Source: a virus
Taxonomy: Duplodnaviria > Caudoviricetes
IMG/VR virus record: IMGVR_UViG_3300031555_003626
Span: 32,001 to 96,000 of that record
Strand: one strand, 5' to 3'
DNA length: 64,000 nt
The notes beneath the pieces were generated by a model. It did no database searches. It worked only from the letters and a program-made list of their open reading frames with translations, and had not been told where the DNA came from. Numbering within the stretch: position 1 is the stretch's first letter; the number at the start of each line of letters is the position of its first letter. Shown one piece after another: positions 8,904-17,118 of the stretch. The position numbers and the translations under genes were made by a program.

Positions 8904-10085
8904 ATGCAAATAAATAGAGCATTACTAGAATCTTCTGATATAACTAGACACTTTATGACTGACGGAGAGCGAAAAGTTAAAAAAGCTCTCTGTCAGCTTT
9001 TAATAAATAAAGGTCATAGAAAATATGCAGAACGTTTCTGGAAATTTGATTTTAATATTATAGACTCTAAAAAACATCCCGATTTTACTGCAGCTATTTC
9101 TTTTGATGAAGCAACTGTATTTATTAGTGATGGCTTTTTAGGTACAAGCGAAGCTATTTTTAATCAGCTTGATGTTTTACTTCGTCATGAGCTCGCACAC
9201 AATCTTATGATGCATCAAATTCGTCTTATGCACATTTTTAAAAGATTACACAAAAACGACCCAGACGAAGCTTATGAGCATATTAGATACAGTGCCAGCT
9301 TACATCATATTTTAAATATTATAGAAGACTTCGAAATTTCTAATAAACGATATACTGATGCAGACAAAAAGATAGTCAAAGCAATGACACTTAACGGTAG
9401 ACAGATTGGTGGACTTATTACAGAAGAAGATAGAGCCCATTGGGCAAAAATGCCACTTGAAGCTATGTATGAGGAACTTTCTAACGAGCTTATTCAGATT
9501 AATCGTGATATTAGAAGTGATCCTTACTGGCAGCCGAGATCACGAGTAAAAAATAATACGCGTATCTATGACCCTATTGATATCACTGGTAGTGGCTTAG
9601 ATGCTGATACTAGAGCTATCGCAGTATATAGAGACATAATGAAGCCTTCTGGTATTCGTGCTCCTATAGATATATTTATAAAGTCTAAGATTTTTAATAG
9701 ATATGCAGATATTTATAAAAAATTAATAACAGTAGTCTATGAAGCTTTTAAAGATTTTGAAACTGATACAGAAAAACAAAAGCTTTTAGACATTGTAAAA
9801 GACATCGCTGGCACGAGCCCGCAGGAAAAGTTTGATATTATAAACCCAAGAACTGGCGAAATAGTGACAACTTTGTATACTCCTGAAGATAAGGTGTTAG
9901 CTAACGAAGTTTTAAAAAATCTTGGTGGCAATATTAATTACGACCCACTTAAATTTAATATAAAAAGAAAAACTAATTCTCAAGATTATAAAGATGCTTG
10001 GAATAAAGTTGTAGCAGCATTAGATAAAAAGCAGTATGATGATGAAACACTGAACCAAGTTTTAGCTGCAATAAATAATGCATAA
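8904..10085 (+). CDS. putative metallopeptidase (DUF2201 N-terminal-like) MoxR partner
   Basis: LLRHELAH (HExxH) followed by NIIEDFEI; lies between MoxR and vWA genes. Confidence 0.7.
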   Translation: MQINRALLESSDITRHFMTDGERKVKKALCQLLINKGHRKYAERFWKFDFNIIDSKKHPDFTAAISFDEATVFISDGFLGTSEAIFNQLDVLLRHELAHNLMMHQIRLMHIFKRLHKNDPDEAYEHIRYSASLHHILNIIEDFEISNKRYTDADKKIVKAMTLNGRQIGGLITEEDRAHWAKMPLEAMYEELSNELIQINRDIRSDPYWQPRSRVKNNTRIYDPIDITGSGLDADTRAIAVYRDIMKPSGIRAPIDIFIKSKIFNRYADIYKKLITVVYEAFKDFETDTEKQKLLDIVKDIAGTSPQEKFDIINPRTGEIVTTLYTPEDKVLANEVLKNLGGNINYDPLKFNIKRKTNSQDYKDAWNKVVAALDKKQYDDETLNQVLAAINNA

Positions 10086-10111
10086 TAGCAAAATTGAAAG
10101 GTAAAGACTAG

Positions 10112-11917
10112 ATGGATATTAAAGATATTTTAGATTCACTTGGAATAGACTTGACAAACCCAGATGCTAAGCGTGGTGCTGCTGAAGCTATTCAAGCGAT
10201 TCTCGGCTCTCGTACGCCCCCGCCACCCAATATGAGTGGAGCTGGACTTCCCGGTGAAAAAGAGATAGATGTTGAAATCGACCCGGACCTACTTCAGCCT
10301 TCGCAAAAGTTTAATCAACCAGAAAGTGATGAAGATATAGAAATTGAAGATGAAGAAGACATCTTAAGTCAAATTAAACATAACGAGTCAGAAGACGACC
10401 TAGAGGATGATGGAAATAGCTCTGGCGATGATTCGTTAGACAGCGACTCCAATGGTGATAAGACCGATTCTAAGGAAGACTCCGGTGAGGCAGGTGACGC
10501 TGAAGGTCAGGATAAGGGCGAAGAAGCTGATAAAAAGACTCCAGGCTCATCTGAAGAACCTAGCGACGAGGAGGAAGGCTCTGATGATAACGAGCAGAGC
10601 GGCAATGAGTCTGGCGAGGACGGAGAAGACATTGAAGGCGACGAGCTTGACGATAATGTAGACTCAGATGAAGTTAACGACGATGAATTAAAGAATTCTT
10701 ATGATGACGATGAAGATTCTGACGAGGACGAAGAAGAAACCGAAGATGAAGCTTCTGATGAAGATTCTGATGAAGACGAGTTTGATGAAGATGACGCTGA
10801 CGAAGTTGACTTCGATGATGAGTCTGAAGAAGATGAATTTGAATTTGATGAAGATGAGTTTTTAGACGATGAATTAAAGAATTCTTATGATGATCAAGAA
10901 ATAAAATCTAAGCATGAAGCACGTGTGAGAAAAAGAGAGCGCACTTTAACAGCGGCTAAAGCTGCACTGGAAAAAGCTAAAACTAGAAATGTCGCTCCTG
11001 CCCTAATTAGAGAGTTGGAAAAATCTATTGAAGCTCTTGAAAGCTTAGTAGAGGCTGCTCAGAAAAACTTAAAAGATATCTCAGACGATGAATTTAACTT
11101 AATGATAAATCGCGTATTTGATGCAATAAGCGCAGTTGGAGATACTGACCTTACCTTTACTACGGATGAAGAACGTGAGCTTAGAGCCCAAGAGATTAAG
11201 GCTGACCTTGGAAGTAGAGAAACCCAACAAGCACTTTCTGATGAAGATATTGCGGCAATCAGAGCGGAAACTCAGGCTGTCAAGGCTAGAGAAAAAGAAA
11301 CAGCTATCTATAAAAAGCCTGCGGCGAGCTCATTTAAAGGTTTCCGAGAATTTTTAAATAGCTTATATCGTGCTATTGCTTTACAGGTTCAAACTAATGA
11401 AGTACAAGATGATACCTGGTCTGCTATTAATAGACGTTATAGTGGTACAGGCGTACTAAAGCAGGGACAGCGTAAGAATGACCTTCCAGATAGAAAAATT
11501 CCAATAATTGATTTCTATTTTGACTGTTCAGGCTCTTGGGGACCTAAAGATATAGAAGTTGGCAAGAGAGCTGTTAGTACTTTAGTAGATATGGAAGAAA
11601 AAGGTCAGATTAAAATTAATATATACTACTTCTCAAACCATGTATTTAACGATATGCAGTCTGCTCTTGATGAAGGTGGTACAAGAGCTTGGAATGATAT
11701 TGTAAAAAATATCATTAGTACGCAAGCTACTAATGTTGTCATTATGACAGACGCCGATATGGAAGACTGGTGGGAAGGCCCAGAAGCCTTAAAATATACC
11801 GTTCCAGGCTATGTCTGGTATCTCTGGAGAGATGGACAAAACGCGCCAAGACTCCCGAGAGACCTCAAAGGGCGTGGCGGTGTGCAGCAGTTCTCATTTA
11901 GTCAGGGAGATGTTTAA
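10112..11917 (+). CDS. vWA-domain protein with long acidic linker
   Basis: MIDAS FDCSGSW, GGT and MTDAD; about 200-aa D/E-rich tract. Confidence 0.8.
   Translation: MDIKDILDSLGIDLTNPDAKRGAAEAIQAILGSRTPPPPNMSGAGLPGEKEIDVEIDPDLLQPSQKFNQPESDEDIEIEDEEDILSQIKHNESEDDLEDDGNSSGDDSLDSDSNGDKTDSKEDSGEAGDAEGQDKGEEADKKTPGSSEEPSDEEEGSDDNEQSGNESGEDGEDIEGDELDDNVDSDEVNDDELKNSYDDDEDSDEDEEETEDEASDEDSDEDEFDEDDADEVDFDDESEEDEFEFDEDEFLDDELKNSYDDQEIKSKHEARVRKRERTLTAAKAALEKAKTRNVAPALIRELEKSIEALESLVEAAQKNLKDISDDEFNLMINRVFDAISAVGDTDLTFTTDEERELRAQEIKADLGSRETQQALSDEDIAAIRAETQAVKAREKETAIYKKPAASSFKGFREFLNSLYRAIALQVQTNEVQDDTWSAINRRYSGTGVLKQGQRKNDLPDRKIPIIDFYFDCSGSWGPKDIEVGKRAVSTLVDMEEKGQIKINIYYFSNHVFNDMQSALDEGGTRAWNDIVKNIISTQATNVVIMTDADMEDWWEGPEALKYTVPGYVWYLWRDGQNAPRLPRDLKGRGGVQQFSFSQGDV
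10679..10893 (+). repeat. 29-bp exact direct repeat within the vWA gene
   Basis: GACGATGAATTAAAGAATTCTTATGATGA at 10679 and 10865 (DDELKNSYDD). Confidence 0.85.
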
Positions 11918-11919
11918 TA

Positions 11920-12366
11920 ATGGGCATTACGATTAAAGATAAAATTAAAGCAGATAAAAATTTTATAAATGACTTGATTGCGAAAAGCTGGGAAGATAGC
12001 GAAAGTATTCAAAATCAGATAGACTGTATTGAAACTGATTCTGAGATAGCTGCTAAAACAGTAAAGCTACTAAAAGATCTTCTTACTAGTTATTATGTAT
12101 TTACTGGCTGTTTAGAAAATCTTGCAAACGAACCAGTTGAAGCTGCTAGGATTAATGAGCCTGTAGAAGTTGCTGAGCCTGAGGTTATTGTGCCGGAAAA
12201 GCTTACAATAATTCCGGAAGAACCCGTAAAAGCTAATAATGAACCAGATATTGATTTCTTTTCAGAGCTAGATGCTGATGAACCGGAAAGCGAGCCCTTT
12301 GAGTACTTTGTAGACTTCGACGACCCTGTCGGTGAACCGCTAACAGATGATGATTTATATAATTAA
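11920..12366 (+). CDS. hypothetical acidic protein
   Basis: GGGAG RBS; last gene before a terminator. Confidence 0.7.
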   Translation: MGITIKDKIKADKNFINDLIAKSWEDSESIQNQIDCIETDSEIAAKTVKLLKDLLTSYYVFTGCLENLANEPVEAARINEPVEVAEPEVIVPEKLTIIPEEPVKANNEPDIDFFSELDADEPESEPFEYFVDFDDPVGEPLTDDDLYN

Positions 12367-12375
12367 ATAATTAAT

Positions 12376-12410
12376 AAAAGCTTCGTATTTGTTTACGAGG
12401 CTTTTTATTT
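12376..12410 (+). terminator. intrinsic terminator
   Basis: AAGCTTCGTA/TACGAGGCTT stem plus T tract. Confidence 0.7.
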
Positions 12411-12412
12411 CT

Positions 12413-12421
12413 GCTAAATTA
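12413..12421 (+). promoter_or_regulatory. putative late promoter GCTAAATTA
   Basis: Recurrent motif directly after a terminator. Confidence 0.6.
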
Positions 12422-12423
12422 TA

Positions 12424-12478
12424 CGACGGCTGTGGCAACAAAGCGGACTTAGCCTTTCACCGCCGCTATGGCCGTCGC
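12424..12478 (+). other. GC-rich structured 5' leader
   Basis: 13-bp outer stem CGACGGCTGTGGC/GCTATGGCCGTCG with G-U pairs, plus inner GCGG/CCGC stem. Confidence 0.5.
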
Positions 12479-12513
12479 TTGTTTGTAAATAAATTTCATA
12501 AGGAGTATACCTA

Positions 12514-13815
12514 ATGATAAATGATAAACTTTTTTTAGAAGAATTTGATGAAGAGCCCATTGAAGAAGCTAAAAAAGCTAAGCGTAGACGTAAGAAACCC
12601 TGTAGCTCTATTACTTACACCACAGGTGATATTGGCTTAAATATAGATAGATTTAATACTGCTATGGGAACGGCTGACCTTGGCGATTCTGGTGCTGATA
12701 CTGGAGCTTCAGAAGGTGGAGCTATAGGAGAAAGTCTCAAACTAAAAGAAAGCTGGGAAGAATTTGATTTTGAAGATTATAATAGCGATGATGTAGTTAC
12801 AGTTGTAATCGTTGACAAAAGATTTGATCCTCTATTTAAAAAGGACCACAAAGAGTCTTTAAGTAGGAATAATGTAAAAGTAGAGGGACACTATTTTAAC
12901 GGAATCGTTGTAACTGGCAAAGTTGGTGACATTATCCAAGTCTGTGATGACTGTCATGTAATGAATCCAAATAAAATTTTTATGGAAGCTTTATCGCTTA
13001 CTGAAGCTAAACGCTATGTACGCAGATATTATATCCGTCCACAAAATATATTCTGTTCCAACAAGGCTGAAATACTCAAGGCGCTTATCGAACTTGATGA
13101 TGCTAACTGTAGCGTCTACACTCTTAACAATCTCGGCGACGATAAAGATGTAAGTAAACTTATGAATAGTGATATTATTTATTACTATGATGATGGAATC
13201 CTTTATGATAAGAATCACGTAAAGGTTATGGATTACGACCTTTCTATTAAAAAAGAAGAAGAACGTAAAAAACTCGCTAAAGTTAACGATGACTCTAAAG
13301 AGTTTAAGTCAGAGTACGAAGACCGTATGACAGCAGCTACCGAGTTAGAAGAAAGCCAGGAGGCACTAGACGGTGCTTTTAATACAGTATTAGATGGTAT
13401 TTTTGATAACTGTGATTATGATGTTATTAGCGCTGATTTTACGCCAATGGGTGATAAAGTTATTATTACTTTAAATCATAATGCTTATGACATCGAGGCT
13501 GCTGCTGAGGAGCTTATGACCTGTCTAGATAATGCTGGTATCCCTGCAATTGATTGGAATACTAATGGCTCAAACGTGTTTATTTTTACACTAAACCCTG
13601 ATAATGCCTTTGATCTTGACTTTGACGATGTCAATGTTTATGGTGAAAATTTAACAGAAGCTATGCACGAGGCTTGCTGCATTTGTGGCGAATCTATTGA
13701 TGGCTATGGAAATAACCCTGAACCATATATGAGCGCCGACAAAGGTCGATGCTGTGACTCGTGTAATCTTCATTTCGTAATTCCACTGAGAATTGAACAA
13801 TCAGAGGAGGCTTAA
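12514..13815 (+). CDS. multi-module acidic protein with C-terminal zinc finger, possible processed internal head protein
   Basis: CCICG...GNNPEP...CCDSCN; IEEA, LKES, LTEA, LEES and LTEA sites separate the modules. Confidence 0.7.
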   Translation: MINDKLFLEEFDEEPIEEAKKAKRRRKKPCSSITYTTGDIGLNIDRFNTAMGTADLGDSGADTGASEGGAIGESLKLKESWEEFDFEDYNSDDVVTVVIVDKRFDPLFKKDHKESLSRNNVKVEGHYFNGIVVTGKVGDIIQVCDDCHVMNPNKIFMEALSLTEAKRYVRRYYIRPQNIFCSNKAEILKALIELDDANCSVYTLNNLGDDKDVSKLMNSDIIYYYDDGILYDKNHVKVMDYDLSIKKEEERKKLAKVNDDSKEFKSEYEDRMTAATELEESQEALDGAFNTVLDGIFDNCDYDVISADFTPMGDKVIITLNHNAYDIEAAAEELMTCLDNAGIPAIDWNTNGSNVFIFTLNPDNAFDLDFDDVNVYGENLTEAMHEACCICGESIDGYGNNPEPYMSADKGRCCDSCNLHFVIPLRIEQSEEA

Positions 13816-13816
13816 T

Positions 13817-15244
13817 ATGGCAACAGTATATGATCCGGCGATTCTTATGCCTACAAAGCCCGAAATAGAGAAAATCTTATCGGCAAAAGTGAGCTATGAA
13901 GCAGCACAAAGTAAGCCTGACAGAGATATCTGGAATAAAAAGAACTTTAATCTAACCCCATGGGGTATTGCTTATAATTGTAGTAAAGCCAAACACGATA
14001 AGTCTGTGGCTTCGGCGAAGAGCAAAGGCAAAAAAGTACCAAATGCAAGAGCCGATGATGCACTAAGATACTTTATTATTGCAGTGGCAATCGGCTGGCA
14101 GGAACTTATTGACCAGTTAAAGCGCACCATAAAAAACTGGGGGTATACCACAGGTGAGCTTCAAGAAATGGCTAAGCAAGTTTGGCAACAACCAGCTAAT
14201 GCTCAACTAATTTCAACTACAGTAGAGTTAGTACAAGCTGAAGGTAAAATTAAGCTGACGGAAGCAATCGAAAAGCACGATTCCCTAAACAGCAAACTGT
14301 TTACAAAAGAAGAAATGCTAAAAGATAAAGTACGCGATAAAATGCTAGAAATCGTTGATACTTTCTTAGATGACCTAAAAGAGCAAGATATTAAAATAAA
14401 AGTTGACGACATTTTATTTATTGGGTCTAATGCTAGTTACAACTATACAAAAGATAGTGATATAGACCTTCACATACTTGCAAATACTAAAGCTGTTGAT
14501 TACCCGGCAGACCTTGGAGCAGCAATATACAGTGCATATAGAAGTATCTTTAATAAAAATTTAGATATAACTCTTTATGATATTCCACTTGAGATTTTTG
14601 TAGAAACTGAAGATAGTGCAAGGGTGAGCAATGGAGTTTATTCCGTAAAGAAAAATAAATGGATCAAAAAGCCAATACAAGAAGAGATTCCAGAATACGA
14701 TAAAGAGGCACTTAATAAGCTTGTCGATGAGTGGGAAGAAAAGTGTAAGAAGCTTATTGATGATATAAAAGCAGACAAGCTTGATGATGAGAAAAAAGTT
14801 GTTAAGATGCTCGAAGATATTTACGAGAAACTTCGTAAGAAGGGCGTTGCTAAAGGCGAATATGCTATCGAAAACCTTGCGTTTAAGGAGCTTAGAAACA
14901 AAGGCTATCTTGATCAACTAAAAGACTATAGAAATGAGCTTACTTCTAAAAGACTTTCTCTTGAAGAGCAATTAAGTGCTAAGGCTAGACGAAATATTGA
15001 AATTCAAATTGCTCGAGCTGCAGGCACTCAGCCAATTATTCAAGATAATGGAATGTTCTTCATCTATAATCTAAAAGCTTCCGAGATAGACAGAGCTGTA
15101 AGAGCTCTTAAAGCACTCGATTTCGTCGAAGAGGTATATAGCTCTGAAAGCGGCAAACTTGATTTCAGTAAAATGATAATGGCTCCAGGGCAAATGCCTG
15201 CTAAGTATTATAATATTAGAGGCAAAATAAACTGGCCTGATTAA
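13817..15244 (+). CDS. Pol-beta-superfamily nucleotidyltransferase with extra N- and C-terminal modules
   Basis: IGSNASYNYTKDSDIDLH (GS...DxD) and a downstream acidic strand LEIFVE; GGAGG RBS. Confidence 0.8.
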   Translation: MATVYDPAILMPTKPEIEKILSAKVSYEAAQSKPDRDIWNKKNFNLTPWGIAYNCSKAKHDKSVASAKSKGKKVPNARADDALRYFIIAVAIGWQELIDQLKRTIKNWGYTTGELQEMAKQVWQQPANAQLISTTVELVQAEGKIKLTEAIEKHDSLNSKLFTKEEMLKDKVRDKMLEIVDTFLDDLKEQDIKIKVDDILFIGSNASYNYTKDSDIDLHILANTKAVDYPADLGAAIYSAYRSIFNKNLDITLYDIPLEIFVETEDSARVSNGVYSVKKNKWIKKPIQEEIPEYDKEALNKLVDEWEEKCKKLIDDIKADKLDDEKKVVKMLEDIYEKLRKKGVAKGEYAIENLAFKELRNKGYLDQLKDYRNELTSKRLSLEEQLSAKARRNIEIQIARAAGTQPIIQDNGMFFIYNLKASEIDRAVRALKALDFVEEVYSSESGKLDFSKMIMAPGQMPAKYYNIRGKINWPD

Positions 15245-15319
15245 AATTAAATAATTAAAGTATCTGATCTCATAAAAATGGGATCAGGTATTTTCTTTTA
15301 TAAAAGGAGATGTGATATA

Positions 15320-16126
15320 ATGACAAAAATAAAAGTCTGTTTAGATGCTGGTCACTATGGTAAATATAACCAAAGCCCAGTTAATTCAAAATACTATGAG
15401 TCAGATATGGCTTGGAAGCTACACCTAAAGTTAAAGAAATATTTAGAAGCCTATGGTATTGAAGTAACTACAACTCGTACAAAGCAGAAAAATGATATGA
15501 AATTAACTGCAAGAGGTAAAACAGCCAAAGGCTGTGATTTATTTCTATCTATTCATTCCAACGCAGCAACTAAAGAATCTGTAGACTATCCGGTAGCTTT
15601 CGTACCTATTAATGGAAGTGCTGATAAACTCGGTGCGGAATTAGCGAGATGTATTGAGCAAGTAATGGAAACTAAACAAAGTGGACGAGCTGTTTCAAAA
15701 AAATCAGAAAAAGGTAATTGGGATTATTATAGTGTTATTAACGGAGCAGTTTCTGTGGGTGTACCCGGAATAATACTGGAGCACAGCTTTCATACAAATA
15801 CGAAAGCCACAAAATGGCTAATGGTAGATTCAAACCTTGAGAACCTGGCTAAAGCTGAAGCCAATGTTATTGCAAAATATTTTAATATAAGTAATAAGAC
15901 TATGAAAGTTGAATTACCTTTACTATTTTTAAATATGAAAAGCGATACTGTTAAAGCTCTACAAACCTTACTTATCGGATATGGCTACTCCTGCGGTAAG
16001 GCCGGAGCTGATGGCGACTTTGGTAATAATACGGTTCAAGCATTAAAAAGTTTTCAAAAAGATAAAGAACTTATCGTAGATGGCTGCTGCGGAGCTAAGA
16101 CTTGGTCAAAACTTCTCGGAGTATAA
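15320..16126 (+). CDS. endolysin: N-acetylmuramoyl-L-alanine amidase (Amidase_3) with peptidoglycan-binding domain
   Basis: LDAGHYG, E, FLSIHSNA, ILEHSF; C-terminal LQTLL..YGY...ADGDFG..T..ALKSFQ....L.VDG. Confidence 0.9.
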   Translation: MTKIKVCLDAGHYGKYNQSPVNSKYYESDMAWKLHLKLKKYLEAYGIEVTTTRTKQKNDMKLTARGKTAKGCDLFLSIHSNAATKESVDYPVAFVPINGSADKLGAELARCIEQVMETKQSGRAVSKKSEKGNWDYYSVINGAVSVGVPGIILEHSFHTNTKATKWLMVDSNLENLAKAEANVIAKYFNISNKTMKVELPLLFLNMKSDTVKALQTLLIGYGYSCGKAGADGDFGNNTVQALKSFQKDKELIVDGCCGAKTWSKLLGV

Positions 16127-16134
16127 AAGCATTT

Positions 16135-16143
16135 GCTAAATTA
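16135..16143 (+). promoter_or_regulatory. putative late promoter GCTAAATTA
   Basis: Recurrent motif upstream of the SWIM gene. Confidence 0.6.
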
Positions 16144-16176
16144 TACGTAAACAAACTTGAAAGGACAAAGAGCTAT

Positions 16177-17073
16177 ATGAAAAGGCAAACTCTACAGGAG
16201 CAATGCTTAATAGAATTATATAAGCTGGATGAAGCTACAAGAAATCAACTTATAGCTCAGTCTAGAAATGTTGGACGATATAAGGATATCTCTCGTGGCA
16301 AAACACGCATGGAGCGCAAGAAGTATTCTAAAGTAGCTAACGCCGTAAAATCTTATAACGAAATTAACATGAATGATTTCTGGAAAAGTGATATACTTAA
16401 GGTAAACATTCCAGTAGTCGGCGAAACTGATGAGTATACTGTTACAATAAAGCTTGAGGGCGTTGTAGCTGAACTTCAGAAAAATATTAAAAATAATCAA
16501 AATAAATTTGAGTTTAAAGCAATTATTCAAGCATTGACTAAAGTTTTTAACACTTCTGACGTCTACGTAAAATGCACTTGCCCTGATTTTAAGTATAGAT
16601 TCGCCCACCACTTAATAGTTGCTAATGTATCCGTAGATGACTCTTCAAAGGATCCTGGACCTGGAAAAGGAATAGTCAACCCAAATGATGATAAGGGCAG
16701 AGGCTGTAAGCATGTTTTATGTGTATTGTCAAATGGAAGCTGGATGATGAAAGTAGCATCAGTAATAAATAACTACTGTCATTATCTGTCTGAGAAAAAA
16801 CCTGATGCTTTTCTAAAACTCGTTTTTCCTAAGCTTTATGGTGTTCCTGCAGACGAAGCCGATCAAAATGGTATTGTAGAAGATAATGAAGATCTTGAGT
16901 CTGGTAAAGACCTTATCGACGTTGTTAATGACTGGGCCCGTAATAGAGGTAAGTTTAAAAAAGGCTCCAATAAAAATCCTGTCACTAGTACAGGCCCCGG
17001 TGATAAGAAAAACAAGGAAGAGCCTGATGAAGCTTCTGAAGAGCCTGTTGAGGAAATAGAAGATAAAAAATAA
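16177..17073 (+). CDS. SWIM zinc-finger protein
   Basis: VKCTCPDF...GCKH; GAAAGGA RBS before ATG 16177. Confidence 0.7.
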   Translation: MKRQTLQEQCLIELYKLDEATRNQLIAQSRNVGRYKDISRGKTRMERKKYSKVANAVKSYNEINMNDFWKSDILKVNIPVVGETDEYTVTIKLEGVVAELQKNIKNNQNKFEFKAIIQALTKVFNTSDVYVKCTCPDFKYRFAHHLIVANVSVDDSSKDPGPGKGIVNPNDDKGRGCKHVLCVLSNGSWMMKVASVINNYCHYLSEKKPDAFLKLVFPKLYGVPADEADQNGIVEDNEDLESGKDLIDVVNDWARNRGKFKKGSNKNPVTSTGPGDKKNKEEPDEASEEPVEEIEDKK

Positions 17074-17084
17074 TATCGTATAAT
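17074..17084 (+). promoter_or_regulatory. putative second-class promoter TATCGTATAAT
   Basis: Identical 11-mer at 57169, 57822 and 58533. Confidence 0.5.
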
Positions 17085-17118
17085 ATATAGTATAGAAATA
17101 TATAGGAGATTTTTCGAA

